A DNA stretch of 21,391 nucleotides, from the IMG/VR virus record IMGVR_UViG_2778261068_000006, positions 1-21,391 of that record; one strand, 5' to 3'. The translations under genes were made by a program, and so were the position numbers. Below are positions 1-7,699 of this stretch, piece by piece. The notes below the pieces were generated by a model, which worked only from the letters and a program-made list of their open reading frames with translations, did no database searches and had not been told where the DNA came from. The DNA is from a virus. Its lineage: Duplodnaviria; Heunggongvirae; Uroviricota; Caudoviricetes. The first letter of the stretch is position 1. Every line of letters starts with the position of its first letter.

Positions 1-1020
1 CTACTTACTGACCACAAGCGGCAAATCCAGTGTTGGGGTGATTTTGGTTTTACGATCGTAAATCAACACCTGATTTTCTGTTTTGTGTCCACTGAAAATT
101 TGTTTGTCGCGACTGCTGCCTTCGTAATCTGAAATCCCTTTGGCTTTTATGTCATGGAAGTTGCACCCAAACGGAACGCCGGCTTTTTGCTCGGCTGCAC
201 GTTTAGCCTGATTCCACCAGTTGTTCAGCGTCTTGGCTATTACCTTCCCGCCTTTGGTTGTGTTGATCACATACTCGCATGTGCCGGAAGATACATTTCG
301 GGCTAACTGGATCGCCGTACGTAATCGCGGAGACCATTCCTTGATTTGTTTAGTGCCGGTCTTGTTTTGCTCAATGTAAATCCCTTTATCCATAATATCC
401 TGCCATTTCAGCTCGAGTACATCACCGAGCCTTGCCGCACAAAGATAGGATATCTCCATTGCAATACGTAACTGTGGAATTGCTTCCGCATATATTGCAG
501 CATACTGTTCATCGGTGATGTAAACAGTACGGGCTTTAAGTGTGAATTTTCTGACTCCTTTGCATGGATTATTTTTCACATACCCACGCTCATATCCCCA
601 TCCGTATACACGGCTCAGACTTGCCAGTTCATGGTTTGCCTGGGTCTTGCTCTCAAGTCCTCGCTTATCCATGAAAATTCTTACCTGTTCAATTTTTACA
701 TTATCAGCAAGCACTTTTCCGAATACTGCCAACAATGCCCTTTGATGTTGCCGATAATCTTTTTGGGTTCGGGGTGCCAGTTCTGTAAATGCAGGGGAGT
801 CCATAAACATGTGCCATAATTTAGCTACTGTCATTATGTTGTGGAGTTTTGCTTTTTCCAGCTCATAATTTTGCCAGACTTTAGCTACGCTGGTTTCCCG
901 CACTCTTCCGAGCCCTATAGTTCTTGTGCTTCCTTCGGGTTTCCATACGTAACTGTAACCATTCGATCTAACACGCGGTGGTAATGCATTATCTTTTTTG
1001 TTTTTTCTTGGTCTTCCCAT
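1..1020 (-). CDS. int: Phage integrase, tyrosine recombinase (lambda Int-like); complete, stop codon at bases 1-3
   Basis: 339-aa ORF; N-terminus MGRPRKNKKDNALPPRVRSNGYSYVW resembles lambda Int N-terminus (MGRRRSHERRDLPPNLYIRNNGYY); C-terminal catalytic region contains H-x-x-K/R and LIYDRK tyrosine motif; position at prophage edge, overlapped by upstream xis-like ORF. Confidence 0.9.
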   Translation of the reverse strand: MGRPRKNKKDNALPPRVRSNGYSYVWKPEGSTRTIGLGRVRETSVAKVWQNYELEKAKLHNIMTVAKLWHMFMDSPAFTELAPRTQKDYRQHQRALLAVFGKVLADNVKIEQVRIFMDKRGLESKTQANHELASLSRVYGWGYERGYVKNNPCKGVRKFTLKARTVYITDEQYAAIYAEAIPQLRIAMEISYLCAARLGDVLELKWQDIMDKGIYIEQNKTGTKQIKEWSPRLRTAIQLARNVSSGTCEYVINTTKGGKVIAKTLNNWWNQAKRAAEQKAGVPFGCNFHDIKAKGISDYEGSSRDKQIFSGHKTENQVLIYDRKTKITPTLDLPLVVSK

Positions 1021-1240
1021 TGTTCAGCGCCTCAAAATCGGGTTCAGCGGAAACCAGTTCAGGTGCTTTTGGCATCGTAGCCAGTCCGTGTGGAATATCC
1101 CTGCGAAGAACTATTGGTTCGTTTTTAGGACCGATTACAAATGGGATACCGTGCAGCCTTAACTGGTGTTGCTGTTTTGTGTATCGCTCGTATTTCGTGA
1201 TCTCTTGAATCTCTGCTGGCGATAGAGTTAATTCGTACAT
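989..1240 (-). CDS. xis: Excisionase (lambda Xis-like)
   Basis: 83-aa ORF starting MYELTL (lambda Xis starts MYLTL) and ending with basic NGKTKKKQKR tail (lambda Xis ends NGKKAKS); overlaps int start by 32 nt as in lambda xis-int. Confidence 0.65.
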   Translation of the reverse strand: MYELTLSPAEIQEITKYERYTKQQHQLRLHGIPFVIGPKNEPIVLRRDIPHGLATMPKAPELVSAEPDFEALNNGKTKKKQKR

Positions 1241-1306
1241 GTGGTCACGTGCCTTACAGCATGACCGCCGCCAATATAATTCGGAGACGGCGATCAGGGT
1301 TGAACA

Positions 1307-3787
1307 TTAAAAATCAACCGGATTCGGGATCAGTTTTTGCCAGATTGCTGAAACGTATTTTGCCTGGTGACGGGCGTCATCCAGTGCATTGTGGCGAACG
1401 CCTTCGAATGGAATAACGGTTCCAGCATCAAAGTCGATTGTTTTTCCCAGCTCAACGATTGTGCGTACATCGCGATCGTTGTGGTAGCGCCACGGGCAGG
1501 GGATGTCCAGACGTTCGTATGAGGTGCGCAAAATTGCGTTATCGAAAGTTGCACCATTACCCCATACCTGAACGAATTTTTCATCTGAGTATTCGTTGAT
1601 GAACTCCCGAAACCGCGAAAGGGCATCCTTCAGTTTTACCTGGTCTGTTAAAATGGCAGCTCTGGCTTCACTGGACTGCTTCAGCCACCATTTGATGGTT
1701 CCACCGTCAGGAGCAGCCCCTGTATTCATTGCGTCAGTCAGACTGATAACGATATAAAATACTGGCCCGATTTCCCCTGTTTGTGGGTCGAAGAAAACCG
1801 CACCAATAACCACGATGGGCGCATTGGTGTTGGTTCCCATTGTTTCAAGGTCGATCATCAGGTGGTACCACACTCTGCTGGTGGATGTGATAACGTGATG
1901 ACCGTTCACCACAATTAAGGGATCTGCCGTCTCACCAGTTTCATTATCGCTGGCGTGGTCCTGAGCGCTGCCAGCATTCTCCTTGTGTGGATGTTCAGCG
2001 CCTTCCATTTCCTCCGGGTCATTTTCCTGAACTTCAACCTGATTCTCTTCATCGAATGTTTCCTGGTATGTTGCGTCGCCCATCACCGCGCCACAATCAG
2101 GGCAGTTGCCGCCACCGCTCTGACCGCAGGCGGTGCAGACTTTTTCCGGTTCCTGTTGCGCTACTGGCTCAGGTTGTTTCGTTTCTGGCTCGTTTTGTAA
2201 CGCATTTTGGCTGTTTTGTTCCGCTTTCTGGTCGTTCTGTTCCGATTCTTGCTGGTTCTGGTTTACAGAATCGCGGGTTTCAATCCCCTTCACCCATTTC
2301 GGATCATTCGGGTCGCTAATCCCTGCAACAAATTCTCCGCGAGAGGCAGCAAGCAACTTATCGGCGTCAGGCTGGCTGATATTGGCTGCCTGCATAATTT
2401 TGTTTACTTCGTCAGCGGTAACTTTTACCGGCTCTGGTTGTGCGGTCGTGTCAGATGCACCAGTATTTTGTTGTGAACCTGAGTACGTGCCGTTTTTACG
2501 GGCAAAATATTCTTCTTTCGTGATTTCAGTAGCCCCTGCAGCCAGCGCCTTATTCAGACCAGAAAGTTTGTTTGCACGACCATATTTTTCGCCATCCTTA
2601 TCGGTGAAGAGGAAGTAGAACGGCCCCTCACGCTCTACAGATGGTTCAGTTTCCAGCGCGCTTTCATTTTTTTGGGTATCAGATACTTCAGTTTCCACTG
2701 CATCAGTTTGTGCTGCTGACGGCTGGAGAATATCAGCAGTGCTCTGGTCTGTTTCTTCATCCTCAAACACGCCCTTTGTCGCCAGGTATTCAGTGATGTA
2801 TTTGTTCAGCGCCACGGGATCTTTGTGAATGTCGATCGGACGCTCACGGACAAGGCCAAAAATAGTCTGACGGTCGTAGCGAACGGCATCAGGTTGTTTG
2901 CGCATTGATGCGGAAATACGCTTCCAGTCTTCGCGATCTTTGTCGATAACCTCATTTTTTGCCCAGCGATGGATGCTGCCGTCAATGTTTCCGGCATCAA
3001 TATCACCAGGCCAGAAAGCGTAGGCCAGTTCTTCATCCAGTGTTTTCCATGTCTGCTTGTATTCGCGACGAATGACAGCAGTTACGGAGTCAGTTTTTCC
3101 TGCAGAGTTTTCAGTGCCTTGCCGGTTGACTCTGGCGCGGGCAAGATCGACGACGGAATTATATGCGCCACCTTCTTTGCGCTCCTTTTCCATGCGTTTT
3201 TTACGTTCGAGAAAATACGCCTGAACGTCGGGCCATTTGGCTGTTGGTTTTAAATCACGTCTGGCATCGTTGATGTACTCAATCTGACGCTCTGGATACA
3301 TGGCGTTAATTTCTCTGGTCCGGATAATTGCTTCAGCGAGGTGTCCATCAAAAGTCGTCATCTCGTCATCGCCGAGAAGCCCGCTTGCATTGATGACCAT
3401 ATCCACGGTGATGTTTTCATGTGTACCGAACCTGACAAGGACAGCAGCCCGCTTGTCTTCAGATAACTGATTAAAGTTAACAGTTTCTGTATCCGGTTCA
3501 GGGTCGACCGGAACAAAGGAAGCCGACTCCTCATTCCAGCGGTTTTCCTGCATATATTCGGAATCCCAGGAATCGAGAGCAGGGCGGGCCATGCCGGGTT
3601 TATCCTCGCAGACAAGAAATTTATAAGCACAGTCCTGAGCTTCCGGGTATTGTTCCAGAAATAACCAGCTAAATTTGGCTCTTGCCCGGCGTTCGTCGCC
3701 TGCTTCAATGGCAGTGGCCACAGGTTTGGCGCCTTCTGCTGTTGCCTGTTCGTCCGGAATGGCGGCGCAAATAAAGACTTTACTCAT
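1307..3787 (-). CDS. Large prophage exonuclease-like protein: C-terminal DnaQ-like DEDDh 3'-5' exonuclease domain, internal zinc ribbon, acidic Q/E/N-rich linker (resembles prophage 'exodeoxyribonuclease VIII-like' proteins)
   Basis: 826-aa ORF with SD (gagg) upstream; C-terminus has exonuclease motifs MIDLETMG (Exo I, D-x-E), WGNGATFDNAIL (Exo II), HNALDDARHQAKY (Exo III, H-x4-D); CTACGQSGGGNCPDCG zinc-ribbon motif; located in the lambda exo/bet position. Confidence 0.6.
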   Translation of the reverse strand: MSKVFICAAIPDEQATAEGAKPVATAIEAGDERRARAKFSWLFLEQYPEAQDCAYKFLVCEDKPGMARPALDSWDSEYMQENRWNEESASFVPVDPEPDTETVNFNQLSEDKRAAVLVRFGTHENITVDMVINASGLLGDDEMTTFDGHLAEAIIRTREINAMYPERQIEYINDARRDLKPTAKWPDVQAYFLERKKRMEKERKEGGAYNSVVDLARARVNRQGTENSAGKTDSVTAVIRREYKQTWKTLDEELAYAFWPGDIDAGNIDGSIHRWAKNEVIDKDREDWKRISASMRKQPDAVRYDRQTIFGLVRERPIDIHKDPVALNKYITEYLATKGVFEDEETDQSTADILQPSAAQTDAVETEVSDTQKNESALETEPSVEREGPFYFLFTDKDGEKYGRANKLSGLNKALAAGATEITKEEYFARKNGTYSGSQQNTGASDTTAQPEPVKVTADEVNKIMQAANISQPDADKLLAASRGEFVAGISDPNDPKWVKGIETRDSVNQNQQESEQNDQKAEQNSQNALQNEPETKQPEPVAQQEPEKVCTACGQSGGGNCPDCGAVMGDATYQETFDEENQVEVQENDPEEMEGAEHPHKENAGSAQDHASDNETGETADPLIVVNGHHVITSTSRVWYHLMIDLETMGTNTNAPIVVIGAVFFDPQTGEIGPVFYIVISLTDAMNTGAAPDGGTIKWWLKQSSEARAAILTDQVKLKDALSRFREFINEYSDEKFVQVWGNGATFDNAILRTSYERLDIPCPWRYHNDRDVRTIVELGKTIDFDAGTVIPFEGVRHNALDDARHQAKYVSAIWQKLIPNPVDF

Positions 3788-3879
3788 TTTGTTTTACCTC
3801 ATTACAGATTTAAGGGTGGACAAATCCCTGCCATTGCTGACATATAAAAATAAAACCGGATATTTATTATGGGGCTGTT

Positions 3880-4071
3880 TTAAAGGCCTGCCGGGATTTC
3901 GTTATTGTTCATGCGAATAATTTTGTCGACAGGATAACAGTTCCCGGGAATTTTTTGCTCTGCCGCGGCAGTCATGCATTCTTCCATTGAGTCATGTATG
4001 TCAATAACAAGATCAATCGGTTCACCAGAAACAAAAAAAACAGTCAGAACGAGTACAAATGCCGTATTCAT
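3880..4071 (-). CDS. ydfD: YdfD-like small membrane lysis protein (Qin prophage family)
   Basis: 63-aa product MNTAFVLVLTVFFVSGEPIDL...GNCYPVDKIIRMNNNEIPAGL matches remembered E. coli YdfD; ATGA start/stop overlap with dicB at 4068-4071. Confidence 0.7.
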   Translation of the reverse strand: MNTAFVLVLTVFFVSGEPIDLVIDIHDSMEECMTAAAEQKIPGNCYPVDKIIRMNNNEIPAGL

Positions 4072-4256
4072 TGCCTGCATCCTGTTTGCATCAGACGTAA
4101 ACGGGCCAGCATCGAAACAATGCATATTTTATTTAGCAGTTCCTGTTCGTGTTTTCTTTTATTAATGGCATCTTCAGTAAATATCTGATTGCTGATAGTG
4201 ACACCAATTTCAAAACAACCTTCAGACGTATTAACGTTTGGTAATAACGTTTCCAT
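4068..4256 (-). CDS. dicB: DicB cell-division inhibitor (MinC-activating)
   Basis: 62-aa product METLLPNVNTSEGCFEIGVTISNQIFTEDAINKRKHEQELLNKICIVSMLARLRLMQTGCRQ closely matches E. coli K-12 DicB; SD gagga upstream; the longer 97-aa ORF in the track is an in-frame upstream extension. Confidence 0.8.
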   Translation of the reverse strand: METLLPNVNTSEGCFEIGVTISNQIFTEDAINKRKHEQELLNKICIVSMLARLRLMQTGCRQ

Positions 4257-4423
4257 TATCGCGTCCTCAACAATGAATTTTGTGATGCGGTGCCTGGTGC
4301 CTCCAGGTGACGTTAACCAGTTAACAATTAACGCCGGATACAGAGAATCCACCCATAACACTGTTTTTAGCTTTAACTGTTCCGCGTGCGCTTAGCCGCA
4401 TTCACCGCATCACAAAATTCACT

Positions 4424-4481
4424 TTAAAAAGGGCGGACATCAGTTCATGGGCAAACAGATGCCGCCAAACGTCACCAGAAA
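4424..4481 (-). ncRNA. dicF: DicF small RNA (ftsZ-targeting sRNA of the Qin dicB operon) with 3' intrinsic terminator
   Basis: Minus-strand sequence TTTCTGGTGACGTTTGGCGGCATCTGTTTGCCCATGAACTGATGTCCGCCCTTTTT matches the K-12 DicF sequence as I remember it (UUUCUGGUGACGUUUGGCGGUAUCAGUUUU...GCCGCCCUUUUU) with an identical 5' seed and a GGCGG/CCGCC hairpin plus U-tract; lies upstream of dicB as in Qin. Confidence 0.7.
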
Positions 4482-4785
4482 ATTGATAACAGAGGGCGTT
4501 GCAGCGGGGTTGTCACTTAAGCGTATGGTCAACCTGACAACCCGGTGTCCTCAACGGGGAAGGAATAACCCCGCCATACTTACCGCCGCGCCATTTCGCG
4601 GAGTGCCACAACCGGAAGCGCACGGTCGACGAAAATTTAACGACAGGCTATCTATGAACCAGCTACCTCGCCGTGCGCTTTCGCGTTATGGTCTGACTTT
4701 TCAGGGAAATATCCTTTCAGTAAACTGTCAGTGCCGGATGCTCGCCCGTGTCCGGCGCACGCACTCTACCTCACCCGTGAATAAA

Positions 4786-5172
4786 TTAATGATTAATTGA
4801 TATTTTATAGGTGGATTCAACTTTCCCATCGGATGTGTGATGCTTTAAATCACAGGAATTAATACTGCTTGCTGTAAAGTGATTTTCAAGGGGGTCTATT
4901 CGAATCCCTTTCTTTTTCATTAACAGGCCAAATCCCTTATTAATGATGTCCATTAATTCCAGAAAGTATTTTTCATGTAAATCCTGGTTATCAGAGAGCT
5001 GCTTCTCTTTGTATAGCCCGATAAAGGCTCGGCGCACGTTACCGGATATATTATCGATGGTTTCTTTTTCTACGGTACTCAGGTCAAGAGTAGCCAATTG
5101 AGAACGAACTATATTCGCTGCCATTTCCTGGAATGGTATTGGTAAATCTTTAAATTCCATCGTCAACCTCAT
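4786..5172 (-). CDS. Hypothetical protein, YdfB/YdfC-like (dicB operon)
   Basis: 128-aa ORF (possible start at MEFKDL); region FQEMAANIVRSQLATLDLSTVEKETIDNISGNV resembles Qin ydfB/ydfC products; TGATG translational-coupling overlap with upstream ydfA-like ORF. Confidence 0.55.
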   Translation of the reverse strand: MRLTMEFKDLPIPFQEMAANIVRSQLATLDLSTVEKETIDNISGNVRRAFIGLYKEKQLSDNQDLHEKYFLELMDIINKGFGLLMKKKGIRIDPLENHFTASSINSCDLKHHTSDGKVESTYKISINH

Positions 5173-5324
5173 CAGTCAGTGTTTCTGGCTAACCAGCGAC
5201 GCGCGCCAGATTCGGTTTTAAGCGTTTTGCTTTTGGTATACGTCATTGCGGTGAACGTACTGTCCTGGTTTGGGAACACGCCGCACACCAGAGATTCGTT
5301 GTTGCCAAGATCGATAGTATCCAT
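5172..5324 (-). CDS. ydfA: YdfA-like small protein, first gene of leftward early operon
   Basis: 50-aa product MDTIDLGNNESLVCGVFPNQDSTFTAMTYTKSKTLKTESGARRWLARNTD; SD gagg 7 nt upstream of ATG at 5324; the longer 68-aa ORF in the track has no RBS. Confidence 0.55.
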   Translation of the reverse strand: MDTIDLGNNESLVCGVFPNQDSTFTAMTYTKSKTLKTESGARRWLARNTD

Positions 5325-5378
5325 GCTGACCTCATTTCCCCTTAACGCCGGGGTAGCGGAACTGTTTGCTGAGAACAC

Positions 5379-5492
5379 CGTGCGGTGTCTTGATGGAGAT
5401 TAATTTAGAATAACCTAACAAATGTGGCAAGTGTTTTTTGTTAGATTGGTCTAACAAAAAGAGTGAGGGAATCTAAGTATCTGAAAGGAGTG
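5379..5492. promoter_or_regulatory. Left operator/promoter region (OL/PL-like): two TTAG-N6-CTAA palindromes at 5405-5418 and 5441-5454
   Basis: Perfect 4+6+4 inverted repeats TTAGaataacCTAA and TTAGattggtCTAA, 36 bp apart, upstream of the leftward ydfA-dicF-dicB operon and downstream of the repressor gene. Confidence 0.5.
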
Positions 5493-5900
5493 TTATTTTA
5501 TTGATTTGTTTTTACGTGCTTTAAGCATTTCTTCGAAGAGTTTATTGAAATTCTCTACTCTTGCGCGCATTTCAGACAGTAAGGCTTCCTGCTCGGAGGA
5601 GGGAAGAGCATCGAATAATTCGATCAATTCTTTGTGGCTGGGAGTTAACTCGGTTTCCACATGAAGTTCTTGTGCTGGCACTGGTGCCTTGTCTTCGTCA
5701 CCAAACATTAGCCATGTAGGCGAGCACTTCAGCGCATCAGCTAAAGCAAATAACCGCTTCCCGACCGGTTGGGTTTCGTCTCTTTCCCATTGTGAAATTG
5801 TGACGTGAGCTACCCCAGCGAGGCGTGCAGCTTCTCGTTGTGTTAGGCGTAATTCTTTTCGTCGTGCCAGAACTCGCTGGCCTAGGGTTCTTGTATCCAT
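5493..5900 (-). CDS. dicA: Prophage repressor, HTH XRE family (DicA-like, cI functional analogue)
   Basis: 135-aa product; QREAARLAGVAHVTISQWERDETQP HTH; C-terminal ...CSPTWLMFGDEDK...EMRARVENFNKLFEEMLKAR matches remembered DicA (135 aa); divergent from dicC. Confidence 0.85.
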   Translation of the reverse strand: MDTRTLGQRVLARRKELRLTQREAARLAGVAHVTISQWERDETQPVGKRLFALADALKCSPTWLMFGDEDKAPVPAQELHVETELTPSHKELIELFDALPSSEQEALLSEMRARVENFNKLFEEMLKARKNKSIK

Positions 5901-5980
5901 AGTTAGGTAATTCTAATTTTTCTTGACTTAGGTATCCCGTGCACATTACTGTTAGGAATATCTAACAAGAGGGGGTTTTG
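5901..5980. promoter_or_regulatory. Immunity switch region (OR-like): two TTAG-N6-CTAA palindromes at 5903-5916 and 5952-5965 plus divergent promoters
   Basis: TTAGgtaattCTAA abuts the dicA start codon; TTAGgaatatCTAA lies 16 nt upstream of the dicC ATG; TTGACT -35-like hexamer at 5923-5928. Confidence 0.5.
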
Positions 5981-6208
5981 ATGCTTAAAGTTGACGCAAT
6001 TACTTTTTTTGGCAGCAAAACAAAACTTGCCAATGCCGCAGGAGTGAAACTGGCAAGTGTTGCTGCATGGGGGGAACTGGTTCCTGAAGGTCGCGCGATG
6101 CGCCTGCAAGAGGCATCCGGCGGGGAACTTCAGTACGACCCCAAAGTTTATGACGAATATCGTAAGGCAAAGCGGGCGGGGCGGTTGAACAATGAAAATC
6201 ACCCCTGA
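5981..6208 (+). CDS. dicC: Cro-like regulator DicC
   Basis: 75-aa product MLKVDAITFFGSKTKLANAAGVKLASVAAWGELVPEGRAMRLQEASGGELQYDPKVYDEYRKAKRAGRLNNENHP matches remembered DicC; SD gaggggg upstream; the track ORF starts 3 nt earlier at TTG. Confidence 0.8.
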   Translation: MLKVDAITFFGSKTKLANAAGVKLASVAAWGELVPEGRAMRLQEASGGELQYDPKVYDEYRKAKRAGRLNNENHP

Positions 6209-6713
6209 ACAGGTTTGTGAGGCTCTGGATGCCTGGGTATGCCGACCAGGAATGACACAGGAGCAGGCGACGATATTAATCACGGAAGCATTCTGGGCTC
6301 TGAAAGAACGCCCGAACATCGATGTTCAACGCGTCACGTTTGATGATGGCGCGGTTGATCAACGGGCGCTGGGCGTCAACCGGGTGAAGATATTCGAACG
6401 CTGGAAAGCTATCGACACCAGGGATAAGCGGGAAAAATTCACGGCGCTGATTCCGGCAATTATGGAGGCTATCCGGATCAGCGATTTCAGGTTGTATTGT
6501 GAAATTACTGACGGAAAAAGCATTACGTACATGATCGCCGGGTTAAACAAAGAATATGGCGATGTGGTGGAGTCCGGTCTGCTTTTGGCAGATCCTGCTG
6601 TTGTGGAGCGTGAGACTGACGAGCTTATAGAAAAAGCTATTGCTTTCAAGCATGCGTATCGTCAGCAATATCAACAAAAAGCCGGATGGAATTATGAGTC
6701 TTCTTTTTGCTGA
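6192..6713 (+). CDS. ydaT: YdaT-like protein (CII-like regulator/toxin family of Rac/CP-933P immunity regions)
   Basis: 173-aa ORF immediately after the cro-like gene; motif REKFTALIPAIMEAI resembles YdaT REKIQKLIPAILAIL; synteny repressor-cro-ydaT. Confidence 0.55.
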   Translation: MKITPEQVCEALDAWVCRPGMTQEQATILITEAFWALKERPNIDVQRVTFDDGAVDQRALGVNRVKIFERWKAIDTRDKREKFTALIPAIMEAIRISDFRLYCEITDGKSITYMIAGLNKEYGDVVESGLLLADPAVVERETDELIEKAIAFKHAYRQQYQQKAGWNYESSFC

Positions 6714-7659
6714 ACGCCCACTGGTTATTAACACGCAGCTGGCGATGAAAATTGGCCTGAATGAAGCCATTGTACTGCAGCAGCTGCATTACTGGTTGAG
6801 AGATACTAATTCCGGCATGGAATGTAACGGGGTTCGCTGGATTTATAACACAACAGAACAATGGCTGGAACAGTTCCCGTTCTGGTCAGAGTCAACGTTA
6901 AAACGCGCATTTGCAAGTCTGAAAACGCTGGGGCTTTTGCGTTGCGAAAAGCTCAACAAATCAAAGCGTGACATGACTAATTTTTACACGATTAATTACG
7001 AGAGTGAGCTTTTAGATGGTGGCAAAGTGAGCGAATCCATCAGGTCAAAATGCGCCGCTCCATCAGGTCAAAATGACACGATGGAAGAGGTCAAAATGGC
7101 ACGCTCCATTGGTTCAAAACGACCCAATGTCATCGGGTCAAAATGGCCTGATGATCTTACAGAGAATACAACAGAGATTACTACAGAGAATAAAAACACT
7201 TCTCGTCCGGAAGCTTCGCAACCGGACTCGCAGACGGCTGAACAGGATTTTTTAACCCGACACCCTGACGCGGTTGTGTTCAGTGCGAAAAAACGCCAGT
7301 GGGGAAGTCAGGAAGATTTGGCGTGCGCACAGTGGATCTGGGGACGAATCGTGAGTCTTTACGAGCAGGCTGCCAGCGATGATGGCGAGATCACGCGACC
7401 GAAAGAACCAAACTGGACCGCATGGGCCAATGATGTGCGCACAATGCGGATGCTGGATGGCAGAACTCACAGACAAATTTGCGAAATGTTTGGTCGGGTA
7501 CAGCGGGATCCATTCTGGGTAAAAAACGTCATGAGCCCGTCAAAGCTTCGTGAAAAATGGGATGAGCTGGTTATTCGTCTGGGGCGTCCGCCTGTACAGC
7601 GTTGTGTGAATCATATTTCTGAACCGGATACCGAAATTCCCCCAGGGTTCAGGGGGTAA
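6694..7659 (+). CDS. Replication initiation protein: N-terminal phage replisome-organiser-like DNA-binding domain, C-terminal DnaT (primosomal protein I)-like domain
   Basis: Start ATG 6694 preferred (MSLLFAERPL; the track ORF begins at 6640); C-terminus ...VNHISEPDTEIPPGFRG matches the E. coli DnaT C-terminus (...NTVSEPDSQIPPGFRG); iteron array lies inside the gene. Confidence 0.7.
   Translation: MSLLFAERPLVINTQLAMKIGLNEAIVLQQLHYWLRDTNSGMECNGVRWIYNTTEQWLEQFPFWSESTLKRAFASLKTLGLLRCEKLNKSKRDMTNFYTINYESELLDGGKVSESIRSKCAAPSGQNDTMEEVKMARSIGSKRPNVIGSKWPDDLTENTTEITTENKNTSRPEASQPDSQTAEQDFLTRHPDAVVFSAKKRQWGSQEDLACAQWIWGRIVSLYEQAASDDGEITRPKEPNWTAWANDVRTMRMLDGRTHRQICEMFGRVQRDPFWVKNVMSPSKLREKWDELVIRLGRPPVQRCVNHISEPDTEIPPGFRG
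7036..7145. repeat. Iteron array, probable phage origin of replication: five copies of GGTCAAAATG-like repeat at about 23-bp spacing
   Basis: Copies at 7043-7052, 7066-7075, 7089-7098 (ggtcaaaatg), 7111-7121 (ggttcaaaacg), 7136-7145 (gggtcaaaatg); first two share tccatcaggtcaaaatg; followed by A-rich stretch 7150-7200; embedded in initiator gene as for lambda ori in O. Confidence 0.65.
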
Positions 7660-7699
7660 GTGTTTATTTCGGGTCATGAGGTAATTTTCAGGAGGGCTT

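Noticed and set aside
1-3. Attachment site (attL/attR) at the integrase end
   Set aside because: The int stop codon occupies bases 1-3, so the att core and host junction lie outside the window and cannot be called.
1955-2618. Several plus-strand ORFs (81-161 aa) inside the exonuclease-like gene
   Set aside because: Antisense to the 826-aa gene; low-complexity Cys/Phe-rich translations caused by the repetitive linker region.
4447-4800. 117-aa plus-strand ORF (MGKQMPPNVTRK...)
   Set aside because: It lies antisense to the DicF sRNA and its terminator; the region matches the untranslated dicF leader of the Qin operon, and the ORF is Arg-rich with no SD. Most likely a chance ORF.
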